Positions 8,700 through 17,696 of a stretch of DNA of 64,000 nt are shown in pieces. The notes beneath the pieces are model-generated. The model saw only the letters and a list, made by a program, of their open reading frames with translations, was not told the DNA's origin and made no database searches. Source of the DNA: Acidobacteriaceae bacterium (GTDB taxonomy: Bacteria; Acidobacteriota; Terriglobia; Terriglobales; Acidobacteriaceae); the NCBI GenBank assembly GCA_030038435.1, contig JASHOY010000462.1:12850-76849 (forward strand), given 5' to 3'. Numbering within the stretch: position 1 is the stretch's first letter; each line of letters begins with the position of its first letter. The position numbers and the translations under genes were made by a program.

Positions 8700-10172
8700 C
8701 TAGGACACTGCCGACTCGTATCCCAGGTTCAAAGCTGAACTGATGATCGTGTCTAGCATCGTGAACACCTGCGCCGCTGCCTGGTAGCTGCGCTCCAGCG
8801 TAGTCATTGCAGAAGCTTCATCGTTCAGGTTCACACTCGACAGCGCATCACGCTGCGTCTGTAATTGACTCACCGACGCATTCTGCGCGGTGTTCTCTGT
8901 CTGTACCTGTTCTACGGTTGCACCCAGCGTCGACACAAAATCCGAGTAGTAGTTAAGCGGCGTCTGGCCATTCACGATCGTCCCTCCAGCCAGATTTGCC
9001 ATCGCTACTGCATTGGAGTTGTCTCCTGTACCCTGCCCGGTTGCCGCCGCGGAAATGCCGTTCGGGTCAGTCATCGCCACGCTCATGGCTGCCGCGGCGC
9101 CTGAAACGTCCGTTCCGCCGGAAACCTGATTGGCGTCGTACGTTGGAGGTGGTGAGAAGATGTCCAGCGTCATCGCCCCGGTTGTTGAGCCTGCAATCGC
9201 TTCGCCGGTATCGCCATCGGCATCCACGCCCGCGTTGTTCTGCGCATTCACTGTGGTCGAAATGTTGTAGGCGAGCGCATCGAGCGAGTTCAGAGCGTCG
9301 AGTATATCCGTATCCCGCGCCGTGAGGTACCCTCCCAGTTCGCCGCCACCCGAGGCCAGATCCGAAGTCACGTCCGTACCGCCAAGAAAAAAATCGGTCA
9401 CCCCGTTCTTCTCGCCAGTCGTCAACTGGTAACTTGTGCCTTCCGAAACCAGCAACTGTCCGGAAGCTGTGGTGATCGAAAGTCCGTTGTCTTCGGTGGT
9501 CACCTGATTGACCCCGATCAACTGCGAAAGCTGGCCTATGTCCTCCTGCCGCTGGTCTTCGAGTGTTCCTGCGTCGCCGTCCGGCGAGGTAGACTCAATC
9601 TGCTGGTTCAATTGCGCGATCGCGCCTGTCAAGGCGTTGATCTGGCTCACCGTGCCGCTCGCCTCCTGGTCTAGCCCGGACCGCTGGGCGTTGAGGCTGG
9701 CCGCTGCGCTCGAAATGTCGCCCGCCAGCGTCGAAGCCGAGGAAAGGACCTCCTGGCGCAGCGAGTTGTCCGTAGGATTCGCCTCCAGCGAAGAAAAAGA
9801 ATCGAAAAAGTTGGTGATATCGCTGCCGATGTCGCCGGCTGTCGAACTCGTTCCCGAACTGGGCGTAAACAGCGCCTGCATCGCGTTCAGCGCCGTCAAC
9901 CGCGTCCCCGATGCCGATGCCAACTGCTGCTGCTGGTCCAGGCGCTCCTCCAGCACTCGGTCGCGCTGCGATGTCGCTCCGGTCTCCGTCGCCCCCGTGC
10001 CGTAGGAGATCCCATCGATGGCGACAGGTTGGTTCTGTTGCCAGTCGGGAGTCTCTTCCGTATAGCCCGGCGTGCTGGCGTTGGCAACATTGTTAGCCAC
10101 CACGTTCAGTGCGGCCTGGTCGTTGTCCAATGCCTGCGACATGATGCTGAATGCCGAGTTAACTGTTCCCAC
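8700..10172 (-). CDS. flgK: Flagellar hook-associated protein 1
   Basis: ANNVANASTPGY, LEDQRQ and SSVNLNDEA..ERSYQAAA motifs. Confidence 0.93.
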   Translation of the reverse strand: MGTVNSAFSIMSQALDNDQAALNVVANNVANASTPGYTEETPDWQQNQPVAIDGISYGTGATETGATSQRDRVLEERLDQQQQLASASGTRLTALNAMQALFTPSSGTSSTAGDIGSDITNFFDSFSSLEANPTDNSLRQEVLSSASTLAGDISSAAASLNAQRSGLDQEASGTVSQINALTGAIAQLNQQIESTSPDGDAGTLEDQRQEDIGQLSQLIGVNQVTTEDNGLSITTASGQLLVSEGTSYQLTTGEKNGVTDFFLGGTDVTSDLASGGGELGGYLTARDTDILDALNSLDALAYNISTTVNAQNNAGVDADGDTGEAIAGSTTGAMTLDIFSPPPTYDANQVSGGTDVSGAAAAMSVAMTDPNGISAAATGQGTGDNSNAVAMANLAGGTIVNGQTPLNYYSDFVSTLGATVEQVQTENTAQNASVSQLQTQRDALSSVNLNDEASAMTTLERSYQAAAQVFTMLDTIISSALNLGYESAVS

Positions 10173-10506
10173 GGCCGTCCTCTGTCCTGTTCCAACCGCA
10201 ATTTTCCGCGGCCCAGGCCTGCTCGCGATACTCCAGCCGGGCCGCCTTGAGCTCTCGCAGCCGGTTCAGCACCTTCAGGTTAGCCCGCGTCGCTTCCAGC
10301 ACCCGCCCAAAGACCGCCATATCTGCCGCTGCCTCCCTTGCTTGCCGCGCCAAATCTCCTCCACCTGACCCCGCGGCCAGGTCGCGATTCAGCAACCGGC
10401 ACGAGAGCGCAAGCTCCTCGAGCCGATCCGCATCCAGTCGCGCCAGCGACCGCGATGCCTCAACCACAAGCGACTTCAACTCCCGCCGCTCGCCAGACTC
10501 CAGCAT
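10159..10506 (-). CDS. Helical protein in the FlgN position (putative FlgN-like export chaperone)
   Basis: Lies between flgM and flgK and overlaps the flgK start; 115 aa with a coiled-coil pattern. Assignment is mainly by synteny. Confidence 0.55.
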   Translation of the reverse strand: MLESGERRELKSLVVEASRSLARLDADRLEELALSCRLLNRDLAAGSGGGDLARQAREAAADMAVFGRVLEATRANLKVLNRLRELKAARLEYREQAWAAENCGWNRTEDGRGNS

Positions 10507-10569
10507 GAACTGGTCCCGTTCCTTCCTGCCCCAGGGCCGCGTTGAACGCGACCCGCTCGTCGCGCTTCT

Positions 10570-10869
10570 TTACCGATCGCCGGCCAGCATCGCATCCACC
10601 ATCTTCGCAGCCACGGCATGTGCCGGCACGTTGTACGTTCCCCCCTGCAGCGCCGCTTGAATCTGGGCCACCTTGTCCATGCGCGCGCCCCCATCGGCGG
10701 AGGCCTGCGCAACCTCGCTTCCTGCCGTACTTAACGTTGCCCGGTCGCTGTCAAATGCGCTACCCGCCGCTGGCTGCTGGCTTTTCGCTGTTCCTGCGGT
10801 TGGCGTCCCCGTCGTCTGGTTCGCCCCCAGCAGCGCCTTCAACCCTTCAAGACTGTTGCGAACATCCAT
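10570..10869 (-). CDS. flgM: Anti-sigma28 factor FlgM
   Basis: DRATLS..., RMDKVAQIQAALQGGTYNV..AVAAKM; AAGGAG RBS. Confidence 0.92.
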   Translation of the reverse strand: MDVRNSLEGLKALLGANQTTGTPTAGTAKSQQPAAGSAFDSDRATLSTAGSEVAQASADGGARMDKVAQIQAALQGGTYNVPAHAVAAKMVDAMLAGDR

Positions 10870-10890
10870 ACGCAATGCTCCTTGCTTGCT

Positions 10891-10917
10891 TTATCGGCCC
10901 CTTTGCTTATCACTCTA
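10891..10917 (-). promoter_or_regulatory. Sigma28 (FliA) promoter for flgM-flgN-flgKL
   Basis: TAGA-N15-GCCGATAA, one mismatch to the TAAA-N15-GCCGATAA consensus. Confidence 0.8.
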
Positions 10918-10918
10918 G

Positions 10919-11269
10919 TCATTCAAGCGCCTTTATCCGAGTATTTTCGTGGAGAATTCCGGTTACTTTTCCCGAATCGGTGGTATTACCAGAATGGGAT
11001 ATGCTACGCACAATCTCATGCGCAATTCCGAATCCGCCACCGGCGCTAAGCGCCTGTCCCAGTGCTTCGGTTGCAAATTCTCCCAGCACGCTCCCTGCAG
11101 TGTCTTCATCACCGTCCTCGGTCAGGTCATCCTCTCCGGTCATGGGTTTCAACAGCTCTTTCATCATCATGGCTTCAAACTCATGCGCCGCCCGCACCAG
11201 TCGTGGCTGCGGCACTGTTCCTCCCGTCTGTCCCGCTATTTTCACCGCATTCAGCGCCACAGTCTGCAT
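10919..11269 (-). CDS. flgJ: Short FlgJ (rod-binding domain only)
   Basis: LVRAAHEFEAMMMKELLK ... LSAGGGFGIA; follows flgI; no muramidase domain. Confidence 0.75.
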   Translation of the reverse strand: MQTVALNAVKIAGQTGGTVPQPRLVRAAHEFEAMMMKELLKPMTGEDDLTEDGDEDTAGSVLGEFATEALGQALSAGGGFGIAHEIVRSISHSGNTTDSGKVTGILHENTRIKALE

Positions 11270-11341
11270 CGCTCTCCCTGCCAGTGCCTTCCCGTCACCA
11301 TTTCCCGCGCCCGTAGTAGCCTATGACACCTGCGCCCTGCT

Positions 11342-12598
11342 TTACAGTACTTCCACGTCTGCTTCCAGCGCCCCTGCCGCCTTCATGGCCTGCAGGATGG
11401 AAATTACGTCCCGCGCACCGGCCCCGGTACGTTGCAGTTCCTGCACCAGGTCCTCCACAGTTGCGCCTTCCTTCAGCTCAATTTCGTTGACCGGCTTGTC
11501 CTGCGCCTGCACCGCAGTCTGTTGCACCACCTGTGTGGTCCCGGTCGAGAACGGAGCCGGCTGCGACACTTGATTCACCGAGATCACGTTCACGCTCAAA
11601 CCACCATGCAGGATCGAAACCGGACGCAGCAGAACCTTGCCTCCGATTACCACGGTTCCGGTTCGCTCGTCCACAACCACCCGGGCCCGGGGATAGACTT
11701 CGACCTCTGAGTCTTCCACCCTGTCGATCAGTTCTGCTATGTCTTCGCCCGGTTTGGCGGCAATCTCCACGCGCCGGCTGTCGATTGCGTGCGCCCGCTG
11801 ACCGCCCAACCTGTGGTCGATCGCCGCCGCCATCTCTTCGGCGGTATGAAAATCCGCGTCGTTCAGCACCACGGTCACCGTGTGCATGTCTTTAAGATCG
11901 AATGGCACGCTCCGTTCCACCAGCGCCCCGCCCGGAATCCTCCCCGTAGTAGGAGAGTTCATCTGCCGGCTGCTGCCTCCGGCCGCCGCCAGGTAGCCAC
12001 CAATCACCAGAGAGCCTTGCGCCTGGGCAAAGATCTGCCCGTCCGGCCCAAAGAGCGGAGTCATGAGCAGAATCCCTCCTTCGAGCGAGCGCGCATCCCC
12101 AGCCGACGACACTGTGACGTCGATCTGCTCGCCCGGTTGGCTGAAGGGGGGAAGGGTGGCGACCACAAACACCCCCGCCATGTTCTTCACCTGCATGTTA
12201 CTGGCGCTGTTGGAACCCGTCTGCGGAACTGTCACGCCCATCCGTTCCAGAGCCGAAACCAGGGTCTGCGCCGGAAAAACAGTCTGCGAGCTGTCCCCCG
12301 TCCCATGCAGGCCCACCACCAGGCCGTATCCCACCAGCTGGTTATCGCGAATTCCCTCGATGGTGGCCACATCTTTCACCCTCGCCAGTTGCCCAACCTG
12401 GGGGGCGGACACCTCTGGCGAGGCTGGCTCAGAAACCCCTTCCGGTGCAGGAATGGTGGCGGAAGCAGAGACTTCAGCCTTCTCCGTTTTTTGGGCCGCA
12501 ATCGCGTCTGCCAGCATCAGGACGGCAAGCAGGGCTGCCCATTGCCAGGCCCAACTCCCGGGTAACCGCCTGGCCGTGTTCCGCTTCGCTATTCCCAC
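11342..12598 (-). CDS. flgI: Flagellar P-ring protein
   Basis: RVKDVATIEGIRDNQLVGYGLVVGL, ERTGTVVIG and ILQAMKAAGAL motifs. Confidence 0.97.
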   Translation of the reverse strand: MGIAKRNTARRLPGSWAWQWAALLAVLMLADAIAAQKTEKAEVSASATIPAPEGVSEPASPEVSAPQVGQLARVKDVATIEGIRDNQLVGYGLVVGLHGTGDSSQTVFPAQTLVSALERMGVTVPQTGSNSASNMQVKNMAGVFVVATLPPFSQPGEQIDVTVSSAGDARSLEGGILLMTPLFGPDGQIFAQAQGSLVIGGYLAAAGGSSRQMNSPTTGRIPGGALVERSVPFDLKDMHTVTVVLNDADFHTAEEMAAAIDHRLGGQRAHAIDSRRVEIAAKPGEDIAELIDRVEDSEVEVYPRARVVVDERTGTVVIGGKVLLRPVSILHGGLSVNVISVNQVSQPAPFSTGTTQVVQQTAVQAQDKPVNEIELKEGATVEDLVQELQRTGAGARDVISILQAMKAAGALEADVEVL

Positions 12599-12651
12599 GC
12601 GTTACCCCCGTCCCGCTCCTCGATCCGACCGCCGCCCCTTGATCGCTGCCT

Positions 12652-13383
12652 TCAAAACACCACCAGCTTTTCCAGAAACCGCACCAGCGGGCTCTGTCTG
12701 TAGGTTGAGTCGTTCACGATCCCTTTGCCTGTTACTTCCAGTTCCAGGTCAGTCATGGCCGTCGAAAGCACCTCATTCTGCGCACTGACGTCCTCGGGCC
12801 GCACCAGCCCCCGCAGCCGGATGAGTTGTGTCTGCTCGGAGAATGTCAACTGCCGTGTTGCCTGCACCACCAGCATCCCATTGGGCAGCACATCTACCAC
12901 CTCGGCTCCAAAGGTTGTGGCCAGACTCGAATTGGTCGTACTTTGACCCTGCGCCGTGAGACCGGCCGAGGCCGTCATCCCCGCCAGATTCTGCAGGTTG
13001 TTGGAGCTCTTCAGGGCCCCAAAGAGTGCCGTCAAGCCCGAGTTCGCCGTGGAGCTCCGCGAATTCTTCACCTGGCCGTCGGTCGATGCCACCAGGTTCT
13101 CTGTCACCACGATCAGCACCACATCATGAAGCCGAAATGCCTTCACATCCGTCCCCAGCCGTACCATCTGTCCCGTCGGGCTCCAGATAGACCCAGGGGT
13201 CCGCACCTCTGCCGCCTGCTGCGCCCGCACGCGCTGAATATATGCGTTCAGCGCCGACTCCGGCGGCGTTAGCTTCGGCGCCGTTTCCGTTCTGGGCTTC
13301 TTGGCGGACATCTGCTTCGCACCGCCCATGACCAGCGTCAAACACAGGCCGGCGATCACCACCCCGCGTACCCGCCTTTTCAT
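12652..13383 (-). CDS. flgH: Flagellar L-ring protein
   Basis: VVDVLPNGMLVV and LRGLVRPEDVSAQN motifs; between flgA and flgI. Confidence 0.93.
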   Translation of the reverse strand: MKRRVRGVVIAGLCLTLVMGGAKQMSAKKPRTETAPKLTPPESALNAYIQRVRAQQAAEVRTPGSIWSPTGQMVRLGTDVKAFRLHDVVLIVVTENLVASTDGQVKNSRSSTANSGLTALFGALKSSNNLQNLAGMTASAGLTAQGQSTTNSSLATTFGAEVVDVLPNGMLVVQATRQLTFSEQTQLIRLRGLVRPEDVSAQNEVLSTAMTDLELEVTGKGIVNDSTYRQSPLVRFLEKLVVF

Positions 13384-13880
13384 TGCCAGACTCCAGCTGC
13401 CGGCGCTAACCTGGCACGACCATGCCCGAGTGCCACGGCCATGGCAACTTTTCCGCTAAACTTCAGCCGTACCTTGAAGGTCGCTCCCAATGGCGCCGAC
13501 TGCAGGGCCACGGCGTCCAGCCGCGCATCTATCACCGCTGACTCCTGCGTAACCAGCAGATGCTCGCCTTCCCGTATCACCGGCGGCAAGGACAAAGTGA
13601 GCGTCTTCCTTTTTCGTGTTTGCCCCCCCTTGGTTCCGATCTCCATTGGTCCCGTTGCGACCACCAGTTTTCCCGGACCGCCGGGGCGCTCAGGATCGAG
13701 TTCCAGCCGCCATCTTTGACCCGTTGCCGGATCGTCAAATACCCGGACGATCCTCGCGGTGGGCGCCGCCGAAGCAAGGCCGGCTTTGGTCTCCGCCGCG
13801 GGCAAGGCGAGCGATAATGCCGGGACCAGGGCCCATGCCGCCAACCACGCTTGAAGATCGAGAATCAGTTTCCGCTGCAT
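13380..13880 (-). CDS. flgA: Short FlgA-like P-ring assembly chaperone
   Basis: C-terminal PPVIREGE..AVALQSAPLGATFKVR matches the FlgA C-domain; synteny; GAGGTG RBS. Confidence 0.7.
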   Translation of the reverse strand: MQRKLILDLQAWLAAWALVPALSLALPAAETKAGLASAAPTARIVRVFDDPATGQRWRLELDPERPGGPGKLVVATGPMEIGTKGGQTRKRKTLTLSLPPVIREGEHLLVTQESAVIDARLDAVALQSAPLGATFKVRLKFSGKVAMAVALGHGRARLAPAAGVWQ

Positions 13881-13984
13881 TCCGTGCACCTCACCACATA
13901 TCAGTGGGAGAGCGTGAGCCTCTACCCCACACACCAAGCTCCAATGGCTCCGCAGCTTCTGCCGCGCCCTGCAGAAGGCAGAGT

Positions 13985-14773
13985 CTACTGAGTCATGCTG
14001 TTGATTTCGCCGTACATCGTATCCGCCGCCTTGATGACCTTCGAGTTGGATTCGTAGGCCCGCTGTGCCAGCACCATCTGCACAAACTCGGTTACGACGT
14101 CCACGTTCGAGTTCTCCAAGTAGCCTTGCTGCAGTGTTCCCAATCCCTCGGTTCCTCCGGGATTTCCCAGAACCGGATCCCCCGAACTGAGCGTTGCCTC
14201 AAGCAAATTTGATCCCATGCTCTCCAATCCGCCGGGGTTGGGGAATGTCGCCAGTTGAATCTGCCCCAGTTGCGACGGGTTCTGCTGCCCCGGCAGCGTC
14301 GCGTTCACCACGCCGTACTGCGTAATTGTCACTGCCGTGGCATTGGGAGGAATGGTGATGGTCGGAATCAGCGGATCGCCATCGGTGGTCACAATAGTCC
14401 CCTGGTTATTCATGTGAAACTGTCCGGCCCGGGTATAGGCGATCGTCCCGTCAGGCCGCTGTACCTGGAAGAATCCGGACCCTTCGATGGCGACATCCAG
14501 GGGATTATCTGTCTCATTCAGCGCTCCCTGCGTGTTGATCACTTCCGTCGCCGCCGACTTGGTCCCCAGCCCGATCTGCAGTCCCGCCGAGACCGTGTTC
14601 TGGCTCTGCGCAGCGCCCGGCGTGATCAGGTTCTGATAGACCATGTCCTCGAACTGCAGCCGCAGTTGCCGGAATCCGGTGGTCGAAGAGTTGGCCAGGT
14701 TGTTGGCAATCGTGTCCAGGTTCATCTGCTGTGCGCTCATGCCGCTGGCGGCTGTATACAACGCTCGAATCAT
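13985..14773 (-). CDS. flgG: Flagellar distal rod protein
   Basis: MIRALYTAASGM, ANNLANSSTTGF and LENSNVDVVTE..AQRAYE motifs. Confidence 0.97.
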   Translation of the reverse strand: MIRALYTAASGMSAQQMNLDTIANNLANSSTTGFRQLRLQFEDMVYQNLITPGAAQSQNTVSAGLQIGLGTKSAATEVINTQGALNETDNPLDVAIEGSGFFQVQRPDGTIAYTRAGQFHMNNQGTIVTTDGDPLIPTITIPPNATAVTITQYGVVNATLPGQQNPSQLGQIQLATFPNPGGLESMGSNLLEATLSSGDPVLGNPGGTEGLGTLQQGYLENSNVDVVTEFVQMVLAQRAYESNSKVIKAADTMYGEINSMTQ

Positions 14774-14784
14774 GACTGCTCCCC

Positions 14785-15522
14785 CTAAACCTTGGGCAAA
14801 TCCTCGGTGGCAAACCTGTTGAACTCGGTGTGAAAGATGGTCAGCGCCTTCTGCATCATCTCCGCCTGGCGCTGCATTACGATCAGGTCCAGCGAGCCCT
14901 GCACCACATCCTCATTGGCTCCTTCCAGCTCTCCCTGCCGCACCGTCGCCGCGGTCGCCAAAACAGGCCTGGCTCCCGGCGGCGCAAGGTAGCGGTTTGC
15001 TCCTTCCGGGGTAAGTTTGGTTCCCGCCGAAAACGTAAATACGCCAACCGATGCCACCCGGCCGCCGGCTACGGAAATCGAACCATCGGCGCCCACCGTC
15101 ACCTCGCCCGGAGGCAGAGCGACCGTCTGCCCCGCCGCAGACAATACCGCCTCGCCGGCAGCCGTTACCAGGCGTCCGTCGCGGGCCCGGTGAAAGCTCC
15201 CGTCGCGGGTATAGCGCAATCCCGATGCAGACTGGATGGCGAAGAATCCCTGTCCCTCAATCGCCAAGTCCAAGGGGTTGCCGGTCGGCTCCAGCGCACC
15301 CTGCGCCAGGCTCACCTGGTCGCCGCCCAGCAGGCCGTAGTTGTTCACCGTCGCGCCCAGTTGTGAGTCGAAAGCGTCGCTTCCCAGCAGTACGGAACGG
15401 AAGTATTCTCGCTCCGCCCGATAGCCCGGGGTTTGCGCGTTAGCCAGGTTCGAGGCCGCGGTGTCCAGCGCCTGGGTTCGTGCCACCAGACCCGTCATCG
15501 CCGCATAATACCCGCTGTCCAT
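14785..15522 (-). CDS. flgF: Flagellar proximal rod protein
   Basis: ASNLANAQTPGY, TGNPLDLAIEGQGFF and YTRDG motifs; upstream of flgG. Confidence 0.88.
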   Translation of the reverse strand: MDSGYYAAMTGLVARTQALDTAASNLANAQTPGYRAEREYFRSVLLGSDAFDSQLGATVNNYGLLGGDQVSLAQGALEPTGNPLDLAIEGQGFFAIQSASGLRYTRDGSFHRARDGRLVTAAGEAVLSAAGQTVALPPGEVTVGADGSISVAGGRVASVGVFTFSAGTKLTPEGANRYLAPPGARPVLATAATVRQGELEGANEDVVQGSLDLIVMQRQAEMMQKALTIFHTEFNRFATEDLPKV

Positions 15523-15550
15523 TGCCGTGCCCTCTACGCTCGGAAGAACG

Positions 15551-15567
15551 TGCAGAAGGAGGGCCAG
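15551..15567 (-). promoter_or_regulatory. Candidate sigma54 promoter for the flgF operon
   Basis: CTGGCCCTCCTTCTGCA gives GG-N10-GC, about 30 nt upstream of the flgF ATG. Confidence 0.65.
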
Positions 15568-15702
15568 AATGTCAGAGAGAAGATTGGAAAGAATTCAGAT
15601 TATGCACTGGGTTGCATCTTTATGCGATAGGGCGGAAAGGAACCGGGACCCGGGATGGGCCGAAGCGGCGCATTCGCCTGAGGAGGAAGATGCGGAGGCA
15701 AG

Positions 15703-16188
15703 CTACTCCAGCCCATCGCACATAATCGTCACTTCGAATACTGCTTCGCCGCTGCTGTAGCTGTGATGCAACTGGAATTCCGGGGCCTGTACGTGCAGGT
15801 TATAGTCCCTTCCGGTGATCACCGCCGGCACCGAAAGTCCGCAGTGCGCGGCCAGTTCGGGAATCCTTCCCTTCCACGACCCCGCCAGCATGTTGCAGAT
15901 CTCCCCGATTGCGTCTTTGACCGTTTCGTCCACTTCGGCGAATTCCATGCCTGTCATCTGCGCAGCCATGGTCCGCGCCGCGGTTGCCGGGCACCAAAAG
16001 ACACACGCCCCGCTCAGCATCCCGCCGAATCCCACCACCGCCGTGACTGACTCGGGTCCTCGCCCCAGCAGGGAGTCCCCGCGCCGGCATTCCGTTCCCA
16101 GCATCATCTGGAAAACCTCTTCCACACTGGCATCGAGGTTTCGCGGATCAGCAATCTGCTCCACACTCTCTCGCAACGAGACCCCCAT
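15703..16188 (-). CDS. cheX: CheX-family CheY-P phosphatase
   Basis: VTAVVGFGG, DAIGEICNMLAG (ExxN) and LSVPAVITG motifs. Start set at MGVSL after GAGGAG. Confidence 0.9.
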   Translation of the reverse strand: MGVSLRESVEQIADPRNLDASVEEVFQMMLGTECRRGDSLLGRGPESVTAVVGFGGMLSGACVFWCPATAARTMAAQMTGMEFAEVDETVKDAIGEICNMLAGSWKGRIPELAAHCGLSVPAVITGRDYNLHVQAPEFQLHHSYSSGEAVFEVTIMCDGLE

Positions 16189-16275
16189 GGACCGCTCCTC
16201 ACTGTTTTGTCTCGATACGGTCGCAGAGCGCACCCCATTCAGCAGCATGCATCCTCCTCTGGCTCGCCTTGCCGC

Positions 16276-16659
16276 TTACGCGGCCTGGACGAGCGGCAGC
16301 ACTCGTTCTTTGACCTGTTCGGCAGTAAACGGTTTGCGGATATAACCCCGCGCCCCCGCCTGGATGGCCTGCTTCACATGCTCTTCACTCGACTCTGTCG
16401 TGATCATCACCACCGGGACGCCTGGCGCCAGGTTCTGGGCACGGATTTGTCGCACGAATTCCAGCCCATCCATGGAGGGCATATTGATGTCGGAAAGAAT
16501 CAGGTCCACCTGCTGTGCCTTAAGTATGTCCAGCCCCTCGGTGCCACTGCCGGCTTCGTGCACTATCAGAGCATTTAACCCCGCCTGGCGCAGCGCACGT
16601 TCTACGATTTTGCGCATCACCGACGAGTCATCTACAATCAGCGCCCGCACATCGCTCAT
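16276..16659 (-). CDS. cheY: CheY-like single-domain response regulator
   Basis: LIVDDSSVMR, SDINMPSMDG, MITTES and YIRKPF motifs. True start is MSDVRAL after GGGAGG; the upstream part of the 333-aa ORF is spurious. Confidence 0.92.
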   Translation of the reverse strand: MSDVRALIVDDSSVMRKIVERALRQAGLNALIVHEAGSGTEGLDILKAQQVDLILSDINMPSMDGLEFVRQIRAQNLAPGVPVVMITTESSEEHVKQAIQAGARGYIRKPFTAEQVKERVLPLVQAA

Positions 16660-16661
16660 CT

Positions 16662-17696
16662 TCAGGATGCCTCCCCTGTCTTTATCGGCACACCACGCCA
16701 GTCCTTGAATTCTGCCTTGTTGTGTCGCCCAGGGTCCAATCCCAGCGTTCCAATCATGTCCTTTATCAGCGCGGTTTCCGGGACGGGCCCTCGCTGGGGC
16801 TGCAGCCACAGGCGCAGCCAAACGCAGTCGTGCACCCGCACCAGCCGCGATTCGACTGGCTGAGTTCGTTCCATCGCCCGCGCAAACGCCTGCGCCAGCG
16901 CTGCTTCCGATACCGCCTCCACCAGTTCCACGGCGGGGAAGCGCTGTCCTAGGATCCGTCCGTGCGTGGGACGGAACAACGATCCATGCACCAGCCCGGT
17001 TTCCACGCGCAGCCCGGTGATCGTCTCCACGGCTAAGGCGAGCGCGGCATCCGGGCGCTCCTCGAATCCCAGGTAGAGAATCTTTCCTGCGGCCACACGG
17101 AGCGGCAGCGCTCCAAATGCATCTACGAACAGTCGCGGCATCAAGGTGGTCAGTCCCTCGGCCTCGCGCAGATCCAGGGGCAACACCGGGCAGCTCCATT
17201 GCAAGCCCAATGCCCGGGTGACCAACTCTTCTTTGATTCCGCACCGGCGAATCAGCCATTCCCCGATGCGGCCGCAACGGGCTGCCTTCTGAGCCTCCAA
17301 TGCCTGGCGCAGTTGCGGGTGAGTGATCCAGCCCTGCTCAAGCATCGTCAATCCCAGCGGGATGCGATGCGGCCGCATCGCCGCGCCTTCGCCGGAACCA
17401 CTGCTTTCCCGCCGCAGTGCCGCTTCCAGCCGCGCCCGCGTGCACCCTGACGAGCAGTTCCACCCGCCTTCGAAGATGGGTCCGGAACGGCTTCGCCATA
17501 AACGCAGCCACCCCGACGAGCATTGCGGATTTGCGCAGGTCTCGAGCAATCGCCAGCGCCCAGCCATCGAAGTCTGGCTGTCGGCAGGCGCGGAGACTCC
17601 AGCCTCAACAAGTTGCGCCCGCCGTGCCATTTGCCGCTCCTCCCGCGGCGCCTCCGCGGCCGCCGTCCCGCCGCGGCTCCGGTTCAAAATAGGCAT
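16662..17696 (-). CDS. Cys4 + tandem MshEN-motif protein without ATPase (putative c-di-GMP receptor)
   Basis: C54/C59/C81/C85; two 24-aa MshEN-like motifs (aa 113-136 and 143-166) plus a T2SSE_N-like subdomain; no Walker A. Confidence 0.75.
   Translation of the reverse strand: MPILNRSRGGTAAAEAPREERQMARRAQLVEAGVSAPADSQTSMAGRWRLLETCANPQCSSGWLRLWRSRSGPIFEGGWNCSSGCTRARLEAALRRESSGSGEGAAMRPHRIPLGLTMLEQGWITHPQLRQALEAQKAARCGRIGEWLIRRCGIKEELVTRALGLQWSCPVLPLDLREAEGLTTLMPRLFVDAFGALPLRVAAGKILYLGFEERPDAALALAVETITGLRVETGLVHGSLFRPTHGRILGQRFPAVELVEAVSEAALAQAFARAMERTQPVESRLVRVHDCVWLRLWLQPQRGPVPETALIKDMIGTLGLDPGRHNKAEFKDWRGVPIKTGEAS

Noticed and set aside
16660-17277. N-terminal 206 aa of the 333-aa ORF 16276..17277
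   Set aside because: Alternative frame inside the MshEN gene; the real CheY starts at 16659 with its own RBS.
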